DNA of 63,371 nucleotides, the filler included. It is 5 parts of 5 records of this genome, joined end to end, with 100 filler letters (N's around TTAATTAATTAA, not from the genome) between each part and the next. Parts side by side here need not be neighbours in the genome. Positions count along the whole stretch, not along the records: positions 32,460 to 44,080 come from DRR723986_9670; positions 44,181 to 55,074 come from DRR723986_9677; 3 more parts are not named here. One strand, given 5' to 3'. This document shows positions 40,112 through 49,965 of this stretch, piece after piece. A program made the translations under genes and the position numbers. Below the pieces are notes generated by a model, which was not told the origin of the DNA, did no database searches, and saw only the letters and a program-made list of their open reading frames with translations. The number at the start of each line of letters is the position of its first letter. The stretch's first letter is position 1.

Positions 40112-40900
40112 ATGGTAATAGGCGATCACGAAGACGTTGACGGTTTGGAGCAGAGCCCGGCTAAGGGCGCTGATACCACGATTGACGACTTTTTAGGTGG
40201 TGCAATACGTTTAATCCAACCAAAAGACGGGTACCGCGTCTCTATGGACACCGTCATGCTCGCCGCAACTGTTCCGGCAAAGCCCGGGGAAACAGTGTTG
40301 GAAGCCGGGGTTGGTTCTGCAGGTGCAGCCTTGTGTTTGGCAAGGCGTTTACCGGGTGTGCATGTTTTTGGTGTTGATATACAGCCATCAATGATTGAGC
40401 TGGCCCGGCAGAATATTAGTTGTAACGATCTTAGTGACTTTGTCTCGGTAGGGCGCGGATGTGTGACTGAACGAACCGGCCCGGAAGCGACATATGATCA
40501 TGTGATGATCAACCCACCGTATTTAGCTAAGGGTAAAGCCATAAGGCCGCCTGAGGCCAACAAGGGCCTAGCGCATATGGATTCTGCCGCAACGCTGGCG
40601 GACTGGATAAAATTTAGCATATACAATGTGAAAAACCGGGGCACGGTCTCAATTGTCTATCGTGCGGACCGAATTGATGAGGTCATCTCTCATCTGTACC
40701 GGCGGGTGGGTGATTTGAAAATTCTACCCCTTTGGCCGCGTGCGGGCGTTGCGGCAAAGCGTGTGATTATTCAAGGGCGCAAGGGCGTCCACGGGGCTGC
40801 ACAGTTGCTGCCCGGCCTTGCATTGCACGGTGAGGTTGACAGATATACTGCTGAGGCGAGGAAAATCCTGTGGGACGGTGCACCACTGCCACTGGAGTAG
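40112..40900 (+). CDS. tRNA1(Val) adenine(37)-N6 methyltransferase family (YfiC/TrmN6-like)
   Basis: FLGG...L.QP..GYR..D, LEAGVGSG, NPPY. Divergent from ispB as is usual in Alphaproteobacteria. Confidence 0.85.
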   Translation: MVIGDHEDVDGLEQSPAKGADTTIDDFLGGAIRLIQPKDGYRVSMDTVMLAATVPAKPGETVLEAGVGSAGAALCLARRLPGVHVFGVDIQPSMIELARQNISCNDLSDFVSVGRGCVTERTGPEATYDHVMINPPYLAKGKAIRPPEANKGLAHMDSAATLADWIKFSIYNVKNRGTVSIVYRADRIDEVISHLYRRVGDLKILPLWPRAGVAAKRVIIQGRKGVHGAAQLLPGLALHGEVDRYTAEARKILWDGAPLPLE

Positions 40901-41045
40901 GTGAAAACATTCTATTAGTGCTGCAAATTGAGTAAAAGCCTTTGCGAGAACGCGACAAAGCAGTTAATCACAGGCAAATCGGATAAAAGGCCAGTATACA
41001 CTGGCGAATAGTATAGCGAATGAATCAGCTAAATAAGGACTATCA

Positions 41046-41927
41046 ATGGCGGGTAAACTAGGCAAATTTCTGTTTAAAGTGCGACGGTCTATATTTGGGG
41101 ACCCGCCGCCACGCGTCTCTGTGTTGCCGCTATACGGCGTTATTGCGGCTGGTGGGCGTTTCAAACAGGCGGTTAATATGGCCAGCTATGCTGAGCGCAT
41201 TGAAGAAGCTTTTTCTGCGCCCGGTTTGTCTGCCGTTGCGCTAATGATTAACTCGCCTGGCGGCTCACCGGTGCAATCGGCCCTTATTACCAAGCGAATC
41301 CGAGATTTGGCCGCAGAAAAAAACGTGCCGGTTATCGCCTTTGCTGAAGATGTGGCGGCGTCGGGCGGCTATATGTTGGCGCTTGCGGGTGATGAAATTT
41401 ACGCGAACGAATCGTCATTGATAGGCAGCATCGGTGTTGTATCATCTGGCTTTGGCTTCACTGAGGCTATTGCAAAAATTGGTGTGGAGCGCAGGCTATA
41501 CACAGCGGGCGAAAGCAAATCCATGTTGGATAGCTTCTCGGAAGAAAAACCGGAAGACGTTGCTCGCTTGAAAGAAATGCAAACTGAAATTCATGAGCAT
41601 TTCAAGAAAATGGTCCGTGATCGACGCGGCAAACGCTTAAAGGGCCTGCGCGGCAAAATATTTTCAGGCGAAGTTTTCACCGGCCCTGAGGCCGTGAAGC
41701 ACGGCCTGATTGACGATATTGGCGATATGCGCACCGTCATGCGGGAGCGGTTCGGTAAAGACGTGAAGTTCGATGTGTTAAGCGAGAAAAAGTCGCGTTT
41801 TGGTTCACTGCTGGGGCTGAAACACGGTCATGACCTGCAGGCCGGTTTAGGTGGCCTTGCGGACCTGCCACATGCCACTATTTCTGCTGTGGAAGAGCGG
41901 CTAATTTGGAATAAATATGGGCTTTAA
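41046..41927 (+). CDS. S49 family peptidase (SppA-like)
   Basis: INSPGGSPVQS, DVAASGGY, GSIGV. Confidence 0.93.
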   Translation: MAGKLGKFLFKVRRSIFGDPPPRVSVLPLYGVIAAGGRFKQAVNMASYAERIEEAFSAPGLSAVALMINSPGGSPVQSALITKRIRDLAAEKNVPVIAFAEDVAASGGYMLALAGDEIYANESSLIGSIGVVSSGFGFTEAIAKIGVERRLYTAGESKSMLDSFSEEKPEDVARLKEMQTEIHEHFKKMVRDRRGKRLKGLRGKIFSGEVFTGPEAVKHGLIDDIGDMRTVMRERFGKDVKFDVLSEKKSRFGSLLGLKHGHDLQAGLGGLADLPHATISAVEERLIWNKYGL

Positions 41928-41953
41928 GTGAGCGCAAGAAGAGGACGTATCCG

Positions 41954-42256
41954 GTGGATCAAAAACATAAAGCCCAATTACAAGCTTACCGTGAAAGCAT
42001 TGATAACATTGATGCATCGCTGGTTTTTATGCTCGCCGAGCGTTTTAAAATTACCAAAGCTGTTGGTTTCTATAAAAAAGAACATGACCTGCCACCGGCC
42101 GACCCTGGCCGCGAGCAAGAACAGGTTGCCCGGCTGCGTGCATTAGCCAAAAGCGCCAATCTGGACCCAGAATTCAGCGAAAAGTTTCTGAATTTTATCA
42201 TTCGTGAAGTTATCCAGCACCATGAACGCATCCGAGAACAAGGTGACCTGACATGA
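41954..42256 (+). CDS. Chorismate mutase (AroQ-type, stand-alone)
   Basis: RESIDNID..L.ERF..T..VG..K, DP.RE..Q..RLR. Confidence 0.92.
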   Translation: MDQKHKAQLQAYRESIDNIDASLVFMLAERFKITKAVGFYKKEHDLPPADPGREQEQVARLRALAKSANLDPEFSEKFLNFIIREVIQHHERIREQGDLT

Positions 42257-42993
42257 CCGTTGATGGACCCGAACAGCTGGAGAAACTGCGCGAAATAGGC
42301 GCCATATGCCGAGATGTTTTGCGCGCAATGGCTGCAAAAATTGCCCCCGGTGTTACACCGCGTGCGCTGGATGATATGGCGGGCAAAATGCTGAAAGAGC
42401 GCGGCGCGCAGTCTGCCCCTATTTTGGCCTATGACTTCCCCGGTCATACATGCATTTCAGTGGGCGACGCCATTGCGCACGGTATTCCGTCTGACATCCC
42501 CCTCAAGGAAGGCGAACTGATTAATATTGATGTTTCCGCAGAAAAAGACGGCTTTTTCGGTGACACTGGTGCCAGTTTCCCCGTGGGTAATGTGTCTGAT
42601 GAATTGAAAAACCTGCTTAAGGCCACCGAGGCAGCTCAGCGCAAGGCTATGTTTGCCGCACGCGCGGGCCAGCCAGTGAATGTTGTCGGCAAGGCGGTTG
42701 AGCGCGAAGCGAAAAAGCATGGGCTGAAAATTATTGAAGGTTTAAATGGTCACGGCGTCGGGGCGTGGATTCACGAAGACCCGTCTGTGCCTAACATTTA
42801 TTACCCTAGCGAGCGCACCCGCCTCAAGGAAGGTCAGGTCATTACTATTGAGCCGTTTTTGGCCACCAAAAGCCACCAATATGCAGAAGACGAAGATGGT
42901 TGGACACTGCGTTTGGCGCAGGGCGGATACGGCGCGCAGTTTGAGCATACATTTATGGTCACCAAAGGTGCGCCAGTTGTCTTTACCAATTAA
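42253..42993 (+). CDS. map: Methionine aminopeptidase type I
   Basis: CISV...AHGIP, NIDVS, GDTG, GHGVG..HE.P, TIEP, QFEHT. Confidence 0.95.
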   Translation: MTVDGPEQLEKLREIGAICRDVLRAMAAKIAPGVTPRALDDMAGKMLKERGAQSAPILAYDFPGHTCISVGDAIAHGIPSDIPLKEGELINIDVSAEKDGFFGDTGASFPVGNVSDELKNLLKATEAAQRKAMFAARAGQPVNVVGKAVEREAKKHGLKIIEGLNGHGVGAWIHEDPSVPNIYYPSERTRLKEGQVITIEPFLATKSHQYAEDEDGWTLRLAQGGYGAQFEHTFMVTKGAPVVFTN

Positions 42994-43127
42994 GCTGATT
43001 TTTATGAGGAAAACAGGCGCATTAAACTGGGTTTACGCCAACCTTGGCAAAGCTTTCTTGACCGTCCGCAGGCATCCCGCTAGGTTGCCTCAAATTCAGC
43101 CAATCCCAAACGCTTGAAACCATTGAA

Positions 43128-44027
43128 ATGACTCAAACTTCTGCGCCTTCACAACCCAACGCACCATCGGCTATGCCGTTTCAGAAAATGATCCTGACTT
43201 TGCAGAATTATTGGGCTGATCATGGCTGTGCAATTTTGCAGCCTTATGACCTTGAAATGGGCGCAGGCACTTTTCACCCGGCAACCACGCTCAGGGCTTT
43301 GGGCCCAGAGGCTTGGAAAGCCGCCTACGTGCAGCCTTGTCGCCGCCCAACCGATGGCCGCTACGGTGAAAACCCTAATCGTTTGCAGCATTATTACCAG
43401 TTTCAGGTGATTTTGAAGCCAAGCCCGGCGAACATGCAGGAGCTGTATCTGGGCAGCCTTAAAGCCATTGGTATTGACGCCGCGCTCCATGACATTCGTT
43501 TTGTTGAGGACGACTGGGAAAGCCCGACGCTGGGCGCTTGGGGCCTTGGCTGGGAAGTGTGGTGCGACGGCATGGAAGTGAGCCAGTACACCTATTTCCA
43601 GCAGGTGGGCGGCATTGAATGCAAGCCGGTTTCCGGCGAGCTTACATATGGGCTGGAACGCTTGGCCATGTTCGTTCAGGGCGTCGATAACGTTTATGAC
43701 CTGGATTTCAACGGTGCGGGTATCTCGTATGGCGATGTGTATTTGGAAAACGAGCGCGAGCAGTCTGCCTATAACTTTGAGCATGCCGACACCGACAAAT
43801 TGTTTGAAGACTTCAAAAAAGCACAAGACGAATGCGCCAAGTTGCTTGAGGCCGAGTTGCCGCTGCCTGCTTACGAGCAGTGCATTAAATCAAGTCACAC
43901 TTTCAATATGTTAGACGCGCGCGGGGTTATTTCGGTAACCGAGCGGCAGGCTTATATTGGCCGTGTGCGAGATCTGGCGAAGGGCTGCTGTGCGGCCTGG
44001 ATTAAAAAGAACGGGTGGGACATATAA
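43128..44027 (+). CDS. glyQ: Glycine--tRNA ligase alpha subunit
   Basis: [35 protein letters not shown]. Confidence 0.98.
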   Translation: MTQTSAPSQPNAPSAMPFQKMILTLQNYWADHGCAILQPYDLEMGAGTFHPATTLRALGPEAWKAAYVQPCRRPTDGRYGENPNRLQHYYQFQVILKPSPANMQELYLGSLKAIGIDAALHDIRFVEDDWESPTLGAWGLGWEVWCDGMEVSQYTYFQQVGGIECKPVSGELTYGLERLAMFVQGVDNVYDLDFNGAGISYGDVYLENEREQSAYNFEHADTDKLFEDFKKAQDECAKLLEAELPLPAYEQCIKSSHTFNMLDARGVISVTERQAYIGRVRDLAKGCCAAWIKKNGWDI

Positions 44028-44080
44028 TGGCCGACCTGCTGATTGAATTATTTTCCGAGGAAATCCCGGCGCGCATGCAG
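44027..44080 (+). CDS. glyS: Glycine--tRNA ligase beta subunit, N-terminal fragment
   Basis: [18 protein letters not shown] overlapping the glyQ stop, cut by the contig end. Confidence 0.9.
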
Positions 44081-44180
44081 NNNNNNNNNNNNNNNNNNNN
44101 NNNNNNNNNNNNNNNNNNNNNNNNTTAATTAATTAANNNNNNNNNNNNNNNNNNNNNNNNNNNNNNNNNNNNNNNNNNNN
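44081..44180. other. Artificial contig-joining spacer
   Basis: 44 N + TTAATTAATTAA + 44 N. Confidence 0.99.
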
Positions 44181-44212
44181 GGCTCTCATGGATTCACTCC
44201 TGAATCAATCGT

Positions 44213-44241
44213 AAAAAGGGGCCTGGCAAGACGCCAGGCCC
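44213..44241 (-). terminator. Intrinsic terminator after pedE/exaA
   Basis: GGGCCTGGC/GCCAGGCCC 9-bp stem followed by a T-run on the minus strand. Confidence 0.8.
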
Positions 44242-44255
44242 GAACCGGAGGAAGA

Positions 44256-46112
44256 TTATCGGGAGGCCTGTGCCCAGGAAGGCATCTTGAAGACCCAGAA
44301 GGACCCGCCCTGGGAAATGGGCTTGGTCAGCTCCGCCATGTCGCCACCCCACAATGGAACGGCCCCGCCATAGCCAGAGGCCACACCGATGTATTGTTCT
44401 CCGTCCATTTCCCAGGTGATCGGCGACGAGATGATTCCCGAGCCGGTCTGGAACTTCCAGAGTTCTTCGCCGGTCTCGGCATCGAAGGCCTTGAGATATC
44501 CGTCACCGGTTCCGGTGAAGACGAGGCCACCCTTGGTGGTCAGAACGCCCGCCCACAATGGCATTCTTTCCTTGTGCTCCCACTCAATGTCACCGGTGAT
44601 CGGATTCATGGCTCGAAGTATGCCTACGTGGTCGTCGTACATCCGCTTGATCCGGAAGCCCTGACCCAGGTAAGCCGCACCTTTTTTGTAGGTAACTTCC
44701 TCTGTCCAGTAATCCTCTTTCCAATGGTTGGCTGGAACATAGAACAGGCCGGTGTCCTGGCTGTAGGCCATCGGGTTCCAGTTTTTACCGCCCAGGAAAG
44801 GGGGCGAGACTTCAATAGACTTGCCTCGGGTTTCTCCTTCAGCAACCGCTGGCGGCCGCTGGCCTTCGACCTCGACCGGGCGGCCGGATTCCAGGTCGAT
44901 GTGGGTGGCCCAGGTGATATTGTCGACAAAAGGAAACGCATTCTTCAATTTACCGTTTTCACGGTTGACCACGTAGAAAAATCCATTGCGGTCGGCGTGG
45001 GCCGTAGCTTTTACCGTGTCCCCGTCTTCATCATATTCGAACAGCACGAGTTCGTTGTTACCGGAGAAATCCCAGGCGTCGTTTGGCGTGTGCTGATAGA
45101 ACCATTTGACCTCTCCCGTGGTTGGATCGACGCCAACCTGGCCGGAGGTGTAGAGGTTGTCGTAGTCAGCGGGGTCGCCTCCGGGCGAAGTACGTTTCCA
45201 GGTATTCCAGGGGGCCGGGTTGCCGGCGCCGATGATAATGGTGTTGGTTTCTGAATCGAAGCTGGCGCTTTGCCAGGGTGCGCCGCCGCCATGGCTCCAG
45301 GCCTCAACTTTTCCGGTTTCAGTATTCGGATCATCAGGCCAGCTGGGTGCCCGAGGGTCTCCCGTTGGCGTACTTTTTTCGCCGTTGAGCCGACCGAAGT
45401 GGCCTTCAACGAACGGGCGCATCCAGATTTCTTCGCCGGTATCCGGGTCGCGGGCAAACAGTTTGCCGACGACGCCGAATTCGTCACCGGAGGAACCATG
45501 AATCAGCAGGGCTTTTCCGGTTTTCTGGTCTTTCACCAGCACCGGGGCTCCGGTCATGGTGTAGCCCGCCTCGTGATCGGCGAACTTCTCGCGCCAGACC
45601 ACTTTTCCGGTGTCTTTATTCAACGCGACGATGCCGGCATCGAGGGTACCGAAGAACACCTTGTCACCAAAGATCGCGGCGCCCCGGTTGACCACGTCGC
45701 AACAGGGACGAATACCCTCGGGCAGGCGGTGACTGTATTCCCACAACCGCTCCCCGGTCCTGGCATCCAGCGCGAACAAACGGGAGTATGAGCCGGTGAC
45801 GTAGATCACGCCGTCATGGACCAAGGCCTGGGATTCCTGACCGCGCTGCTTTTCATCACCGAAGGAGAAGGACCAGGCGGGAACTAGGCGCTCCACGTTA
45901 TCGCGGTTGATGGTTGTCATCGGGCTGTAACGCTGGGCTTTGGGGCCGATGCCGTATCCCAGCACGTTTTCGGGGCTGCGGGCGTCATTGGCAATGTCAT
46001 CCCAGGTAACCTCTTTGGCCTGGAGTTGGCCGGCCAGACCGGCCGTGGTCCCCAGCGCCAGTGCCAGACTGATACCCCGCAACAGCGGGTGCTTGCGTGT
46101 TCTGATGCTCAT
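44256..46112 (-). CDS. exaA: PQQ-dependent ethanol dehydrogenase, Ca2+-type (PedE/ExaA)
   Basis: Signal peptide, vicinal CC (PCCDVVNRG), Trp-docking repeats. Active site AWDFSGNNE has Ser at the lanthanide-Asp position. Start ATG 46112. Confidence 0.93.
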   Translation of the reverse strand: MSIRTRKHPLLRGISLALALGTTAGLAGQLQAKEVTWDDIANDARSPENVLGYGIGPKAQRYSPMTTINRDNVERLVPAWSFSFGDEKQRGQESQALVHDGVIYVTGSYSRLFALDARTGERLWEYSHRLPEGIRPCCDVVNRGAAIFGDKVFFGTLDAGIVALNKDTGKVVWREKFADHEAGYTMTGAPVLVKDQKTGKALLIHGSSGDEFGVVGKLFARDPDTGEEIWMRPFVEGHFGRLNGEKSTPTGDPRAPSWPDDPNTETGKVEAWSHGGGAPWQSASFDSETNTIIIGAGNPAPWNTWKRTSPGGDPADYDNLYTSGQVGVDPTTGEVKWFYQHTPNDAWDFSGNNELVLFEYDEDGDTVKATAHADRNGFFYVVNRENGKLKNAFPFVDNITWATHIDLESGRPVEVEGQRPPAVAEGETRGKSIEVSPPFLGGKNWNPMAYSQDTGLFYVPANHWKEDYWTEEVTYKKGAAYLGQGFRIKRMYDDHVGILRAMNPITGDIEWEHKERMPLWAGVLTTKGGLVFTGTGDGYLKAFDAETGEELWKFQTGSGIISSPITWEMDGEQYIGVASGYGGAVPLWGGDMAELTKPISQGGSFWVFKMPSWAQASR

Positions 46113-46242
46113 ATTCTTTCCCCTTGGTTTTTGTTGTCGCCATCGTCTTGCCCATGGCATCGACGTCTCGAGTATTGGCAGTGACCGGGGAATCTGGCGA
46201 CGGAAAACCGCCTCTCATTGCCGGGAAAATGTCAGGGAAAAC

Positions 46243-46257
46243 CGGGAAATGTTCCCG
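46243..46257. promoter_or_regulatory. Palindromic operator CGGGAA-ATG-TTCCCG
   Basis: Perfect arms. Same arms at 48059-48073, plus a half-site CGGGAA at 46222. Confidence 0.7.
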
Positions 46258-46339
46258 AACGGGCGCTTTTTATCTGAAATACATCGAGTTTCACCGGAGG
46301 AATTCGGGCCCTCATGCTTTGGCCTTCGCTCTCTGCGTC

Positions 46340-46380
46340 TACTACCAAGGAACTACGCCAAAACCCCCAAAGTGGCATTC
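46340..46380 (+). promoter_or_regulatory. TACTACCAAG box upstream of the cytochrome c550 gene
   Basis: Identical 10-mer at 47981 and 52944. CCCCC (+24) and CATTC (+36) are shared with the 52944 copy. Confidence 0.65.
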
Positions 46381-46478
46381 GGAATGCCCCGGTGGATTCC
46401 TAGACTGGAAGTCAGCACGTTGGCGACTGATAAATCCAATAGCCAACCACTGGGAATCCAATAACAGAGGTAGCAACA

Positions 46479-46907
46479 ATGGCAATGTCCTTTTCACTCA
46501 AAGCACTGGTGACTGCGTCCCTGCTTGGCCTGGCGGGCCTGGTCTTTGCGCACGGCAACGTCACACCACAGGAAGTGGATACGGGCAACCTGCCGACACT
46601 CGGCGATGAAATCCGGATGGAAAACCCGTTCCGGGAAGGTAACGAGTACGGCGATATGAACGCCCAGGCGGTCAAGATTGGCGAGAGCGCTTACGCCGGC
46701 AATTGCGCGGGCTGCCATGGAATTCGAGCGATGTCCGGAGGCCTTACGCCTGATCTGCGGGAACTGACGGAATGGGATGACGAGTATTTTATCAACCGCG
46801 TGCGCAATGGCACCGACCGGGGCATGCCGTCATGGAAGAAAACCCTGGACCAGAACGCAATGTGGGCCATTCGGAGTTATGTGGAGTCTCTGCCCAAGCC
46901 GGAGTAA
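46479..46907 (+). CDS. exaB: Cytochrome c550 (PedF/ExaB)
   Basis: Signal peptide, AHGNVTPQ.VDT, heme motif CAGCH, PDLR, GMP. Confidence 0.93.
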   Translation: MAMSFSLKALVTASLLGLAGLVFAHGNVTPQEVDTGNLPTLGDEIRMENPFREGNEYGDMNAQAVKIGESAYAGNCAGCHGIRAMSGGLTPDLRELTEWDDEYFINRVRNGTDRGMPSWKKTLDQNAMWAIRSYVESLPKPE

Positions 46908-46982
46908 CGGAAGTTGCTTCGATTCGCTCAAGGTTAAAACCGGGTCGGCCCAGTGCCGGCCCGTCGTCGTTGGGAGAATACA

Positions 46983-47939
46983 ATGAAAATACTGGCGCCC
47001 ATTCTTGCTTTACTGCTCTTCACCCAGGCCATCCTGGCTCAGGAAATCGATGATGGTGACAAGCTGCTCAACCGTCCCGCGGAGCGCAACTACGACGTCA
47101 TCCTTGAATCCGGCTACCTGAAGGTTGGGGTGTATCAGAATTTCCCGCCGTATTCCTATCAGGTGGATGGCGAACCGAAAGGGATCGATGTTGAACTCGG
47201 GCGTCGGATCGCCCGTGAAATGGGCGTGGAGTTCAAAGTGCACTGGATTGTGCCGGATGAGAATCTGGGTGACGATCTGCGCAACAATGTGTGGAAGGGC
47301 CATTACCTGGCAAAGCGCCGGCTCGCCGACGTGATGCTTCGGGTGCCTTATGACAAGACCTACGCGTACATGCAGGATTCCACCGGCGAGTACATCAACG
47401 AACAGGTTGTACTGTTTGGTCCTTACCAGCAGGAAACCTGGCAGATCGCCTTTGATCCGGCGAGGCTCGACAGCGTTGAGACGGTCGCTGTGTTTCAGTA
47501 TCACCCCATCGGCGTGGAGATCGATACCCTTCCTGATTTTTACCTGACCTCGGCGTTTGCTGGCCGTATGCGAGAGAAGGTTCGCTATTACGGAAACGTC
47601 GCGGAGGCTTTCGGTGCGATGCGCTCTGGCGAGGTGAGTGCGGTGATGGGGATGCGAGCGGAAATCGACCATGAGCTTTCCAAGCCCGAAAACGCGCAAT
47701 TCAAAGCTGCGAGTAACGGTTTTCCCGGTATTGGCAAGCAGGTCTGGGATGTTGGTATGGCGATCAAACACACCCATCGGCAGCTTGGCTATGCGCTCGA
47801 AACCATTGTAGACAGGTTAGTGAGATCCGGTGAGATGAACGAGCTGATGTCCGGCCAGCAGCTCCGATACAGTGTGCCCGGGTACTATCGGGATTTTCTT
47901 GATCAGGCCTCTTTGGCCCGCGCCGAGGGCCGTCATTAG
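46983..47939 (+). CDS. Periplasmic substrate-binding protein of PQQ-ADH clusters (PedG-like)
   Basis: Signal peptide, LKVGVYQNFPPYS, DENLGDDLRN.VWKGH. Located between pedF and pedH. Confidence 0.85.
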   Translation: MKILAPILALLLFTQAILAQEIDDGDKLLNRPAERNYDVILESGYLKVGVYQNFPPYSYQVDGEPKGIDVELGRRIAREMGVEFKVHWIVPDENLGDDLRNNVWKGHYLAKRRLADVMLRVPYDKTYAYMQDSTGEYINEQVVLFGPYQQETWQIAFDPARLDSVETVAVFQYHPIGVEIDTLPDFYLTSAFAGRMREKVRYYGNVAEAFGAMRSGEVSAVMGMRAEIDHELSKPENAQFKAASNGFPGIGKQVWDVGMAIKHTHRQLGYALETIVDRLVRSGEMNELMSGQQLRYSVPGYYRDFLDQASLARAEGRH

Positions 47940-47941
47940 TG

Positions 47942-47973
47942 AGAAAGGCTCGCCATCGGCGAGCTTTCTTTTT
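47942..47973 (+). terminator. Intrinsic terminator
   Basis: AGAAAGGCTCGCC-ATC-GGCGAGCTTTCT followed by a T-run. Confidence 0.75.
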
Positions 47974-48058
47974 GGGGTATTACTACCAAGTGATTAGAAA
48001 ACCTGTTCCCCGGGGCAATTGTTGGTTTTGGTGTCAGCGCGAAGAATCGTACCAGAGG

Positions 48059-48073
48059 CGGGAAAAGTTCCCG
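48059..48073. promoter_or_regulatory. Palindromic operator CGGGAA-AAG-TTCCCG
   Basis: Same arms as 46243-46257, ending 55 bp before the pedH ATG. Confidence 0.7.
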
Positions 48074-48128
48074 GTTCGCTGAAACGACGACAAGAGAACC
48101 GAAAACAAGAGACTTGGAGAGCGCAACC

Positions 48129-49904
48129 ATGAGAACCAACAAGTTCGGGATTCGCATTGCGGCCAGCGCCCTGGCGATGGCAGTTTCGTATGGCGCCCAT
48201 GCGGTAACCGACGACGAGATTGTCAACGATCACAAGAGCCCCGAGGATGTAGTGAGCTATGGCATGGGCACGCAGGGCCAGCGCTACAGCCCGGTGGCGG
48301 ACCTGAACACCAGCAACGTTCAATACCTGCAGCCGGCATGGGCTTTTTCGTTTGGCAGTGAAAAAATGCGGGGGCAGGAATCCCAGCCGCTGGTAAAAGA
48401 TGGGGTGATGTACGTTACCGCCTCCTATTCAAGAATGTACGCCATTGATGCCCGGACCGGTGAGGAACTCTGGCAGTACGATGCGCGCCTGCCGGATGGC
48501 ATCATGCCCTGTTGTGACGTGGTAAACCGCGGCGCTGCCATCTATGGTGACAAAGTGATCTTTGGAACTCTGGACGCCAAACTGGTGGCGCTCAATAAAG
48601 AGACCGGCAAGCCCGTCTGGATTAAGAAAGTGGCGGACTATCAGGCCGGTTATGCCATCACGGCTGCTCCGATGATCGTCAAAGGCAAGGTCATTACCGG
48701 GGTCTCCGGCGGTGAGTTCGGTATTGTCGGCAAGGTTGAAGCCTACGACGCCAACACGGGTGATCTGGTCTGGACCCGCCCGACCGTAGAAGGCCACATG
48801 GGCTATGTCTACAAGGATGGCAAAAAAATTGAGAATGGTATTTCTGGCGGCAAGGCTGGAGTGACCTGGCCCGGTGAAATGTGGAAGAACGGTGGTGCCG
48901 CCACCTGGCTGGGCGGGACCTATGACCCCGATACTGATTCCCTGTTCTTCGGCACAGGTAACCCCGCCCCGTGGAACTCTCACCTGCGCCCGGGTGACAA
49001 CCTGTTCTCGTCTTCCCGTCTGGCGATCGATCCGGATGATGGCAGCATCAAGTGGCATTTCCAGACCACGCCGAACGATGGTTGGGATTACGACGGGGTG
49101 AACGAACTGATCTCCTTTGACTACGAGGAAAACGGCAAAATCGTCAAGGCCGCCGCAACGGCAGACCGAAACGGTTTCTTCTATGTTCTGAACCGTGAGA
49201 ACGGCGATTTCATCCGTGGCTTTCCCTTTGTAGACAAGATTACCTGGGCCGAGGGGCTGGACCCCGACACCGGTCGTCCGATCTACACCGAGGGTGGTCG
49301 CCCGGGTAATCCTACCGATATGGACGGTAGCAAAGGGGAGACGGTGCTGGCCCAGCCCGCGTTCCTTGGTGGCAAGAACTGGATGCCGATGGCCTACAGC
49401 CAACAGACGGAACTGTTTTATGTACCGTCTAATGAATGGGCCATGGATATCTGGAACGAGCCGGTTTCCTATAAAAAGGGTGCGGCGTTCCTGGGCGCTG
49501 GATTCACTATCAAGCCGGTCAACGATGACTACATCGGCGTTCTGCGGGCTATGGATCCAAAGACCGGTGAAGAGGTTTGGCGCTACGAGAATACGGCACC
49601 CCTGTGGGGTGGTGTGATGACGACGGCGGGCGGTCTGGTCTTCACCGGCACGCCGGAAGGGCATCTGAAGGCGTTTGATGCCAAGACTGGCGAAGAGCTC
49701 TACCGCTTCAACACAGGCTCTGGTGTGGTTGGCACTCCGATCACCTGGACCATGGACGGTGAGCAGTATGTGTCCGTGGCCTCTGGCTGGGGTGGTGCGG
49801 TTCCGCTCTGGGGAGGAGAAGTTGCCAAGGTGGTGAAAAACTTCAACCAGGGGGGCATGGTGTGGACGTTCAAGTTACCCAAAGACCGGATCGCCAGTAA
49901 GTGA
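48129..49904 (+). CDS. pedH: PQQ-dependent alcohol dehydrogenase, lanthanide-type (PedH/ExaF)
   Basis: Signal peptide, PCCDVVNRG. Active site GWDYDGVNE has the extra Asp (D-Y-D) diagnostic of Ln3+-binding PQQ-ADHs. Confidence 0.92.
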   Translation: MRTNKFGIRIAASALAMAVSYGAHAVTDDEIVNDHKSPEDVVSYGMGTQGQRYSPVADLNTSNVQYLQPAWAFSFGSEKMRGQESQPLVKDGVMYVTASYSRMYAIDARTGEELWQYDARLPDGIMPCCDVVNRGAAIYGDKVIFGTLDAKLVALNKETGKPVWIKKVADYQAGYAITAAPMIVKGKVITGVSGGEFGIVGKVEAYDANTGDLVWTRPTVEGHMGYVYKDGKKIENGISGGKAGVTWPGEMWKNGGAATWLGGTYDPDTDSLFFGTGNPAPWNSHLRPGDNLFSSSRLAIDPDDGSIKWHFQTTPNDGWDYDGVNELISFDYEENGKIVKAAATADRNGFFYVLNRENGDFIRGFPFVDKITWAEGLDPDTGRPIYTEGGRPGNPTDMDGSKGETVLAQPAFLGGKNWMPMAYSQQTELFYVPSNEWAMDIWNEPVSYKKGAAFLGAGFTIKPVNDDYIGVLRAMDPKTGEEVWRYENTAPLWGGVMTTAGGLVFTGTPEGHLKAFDAKTGEELYRFNTGSGVVGTPITWTMDGEQYVSVASGWGGAVPLWGGEVAKVVKNFNQGGMVWTFKLPKDRIASK

Positions 49905-49912
49905 TCTGAACG

Positions 49913-49946
49913 ATAAAAAAGGTCGCCCCCGGGCGACCTTTTTTAT
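49913..49946. terminator. Bidirectional intrinsic terminator
   Basis: ATAAAAAAGGTCGCCC..GGGCGACCTTTTTTAT between convergent genes. Confidence 0.88.
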
Positions 49947-49965
49947 TCCCCTGCCGGAGACAGGC

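Noticed and set aside
44181-44200. Start of another minus-strand gene downstream of pedE (SD AGGAG, ATG at 44189)
   Set aside because: Only three codons are present before the contig edge, so it cannot be identified.
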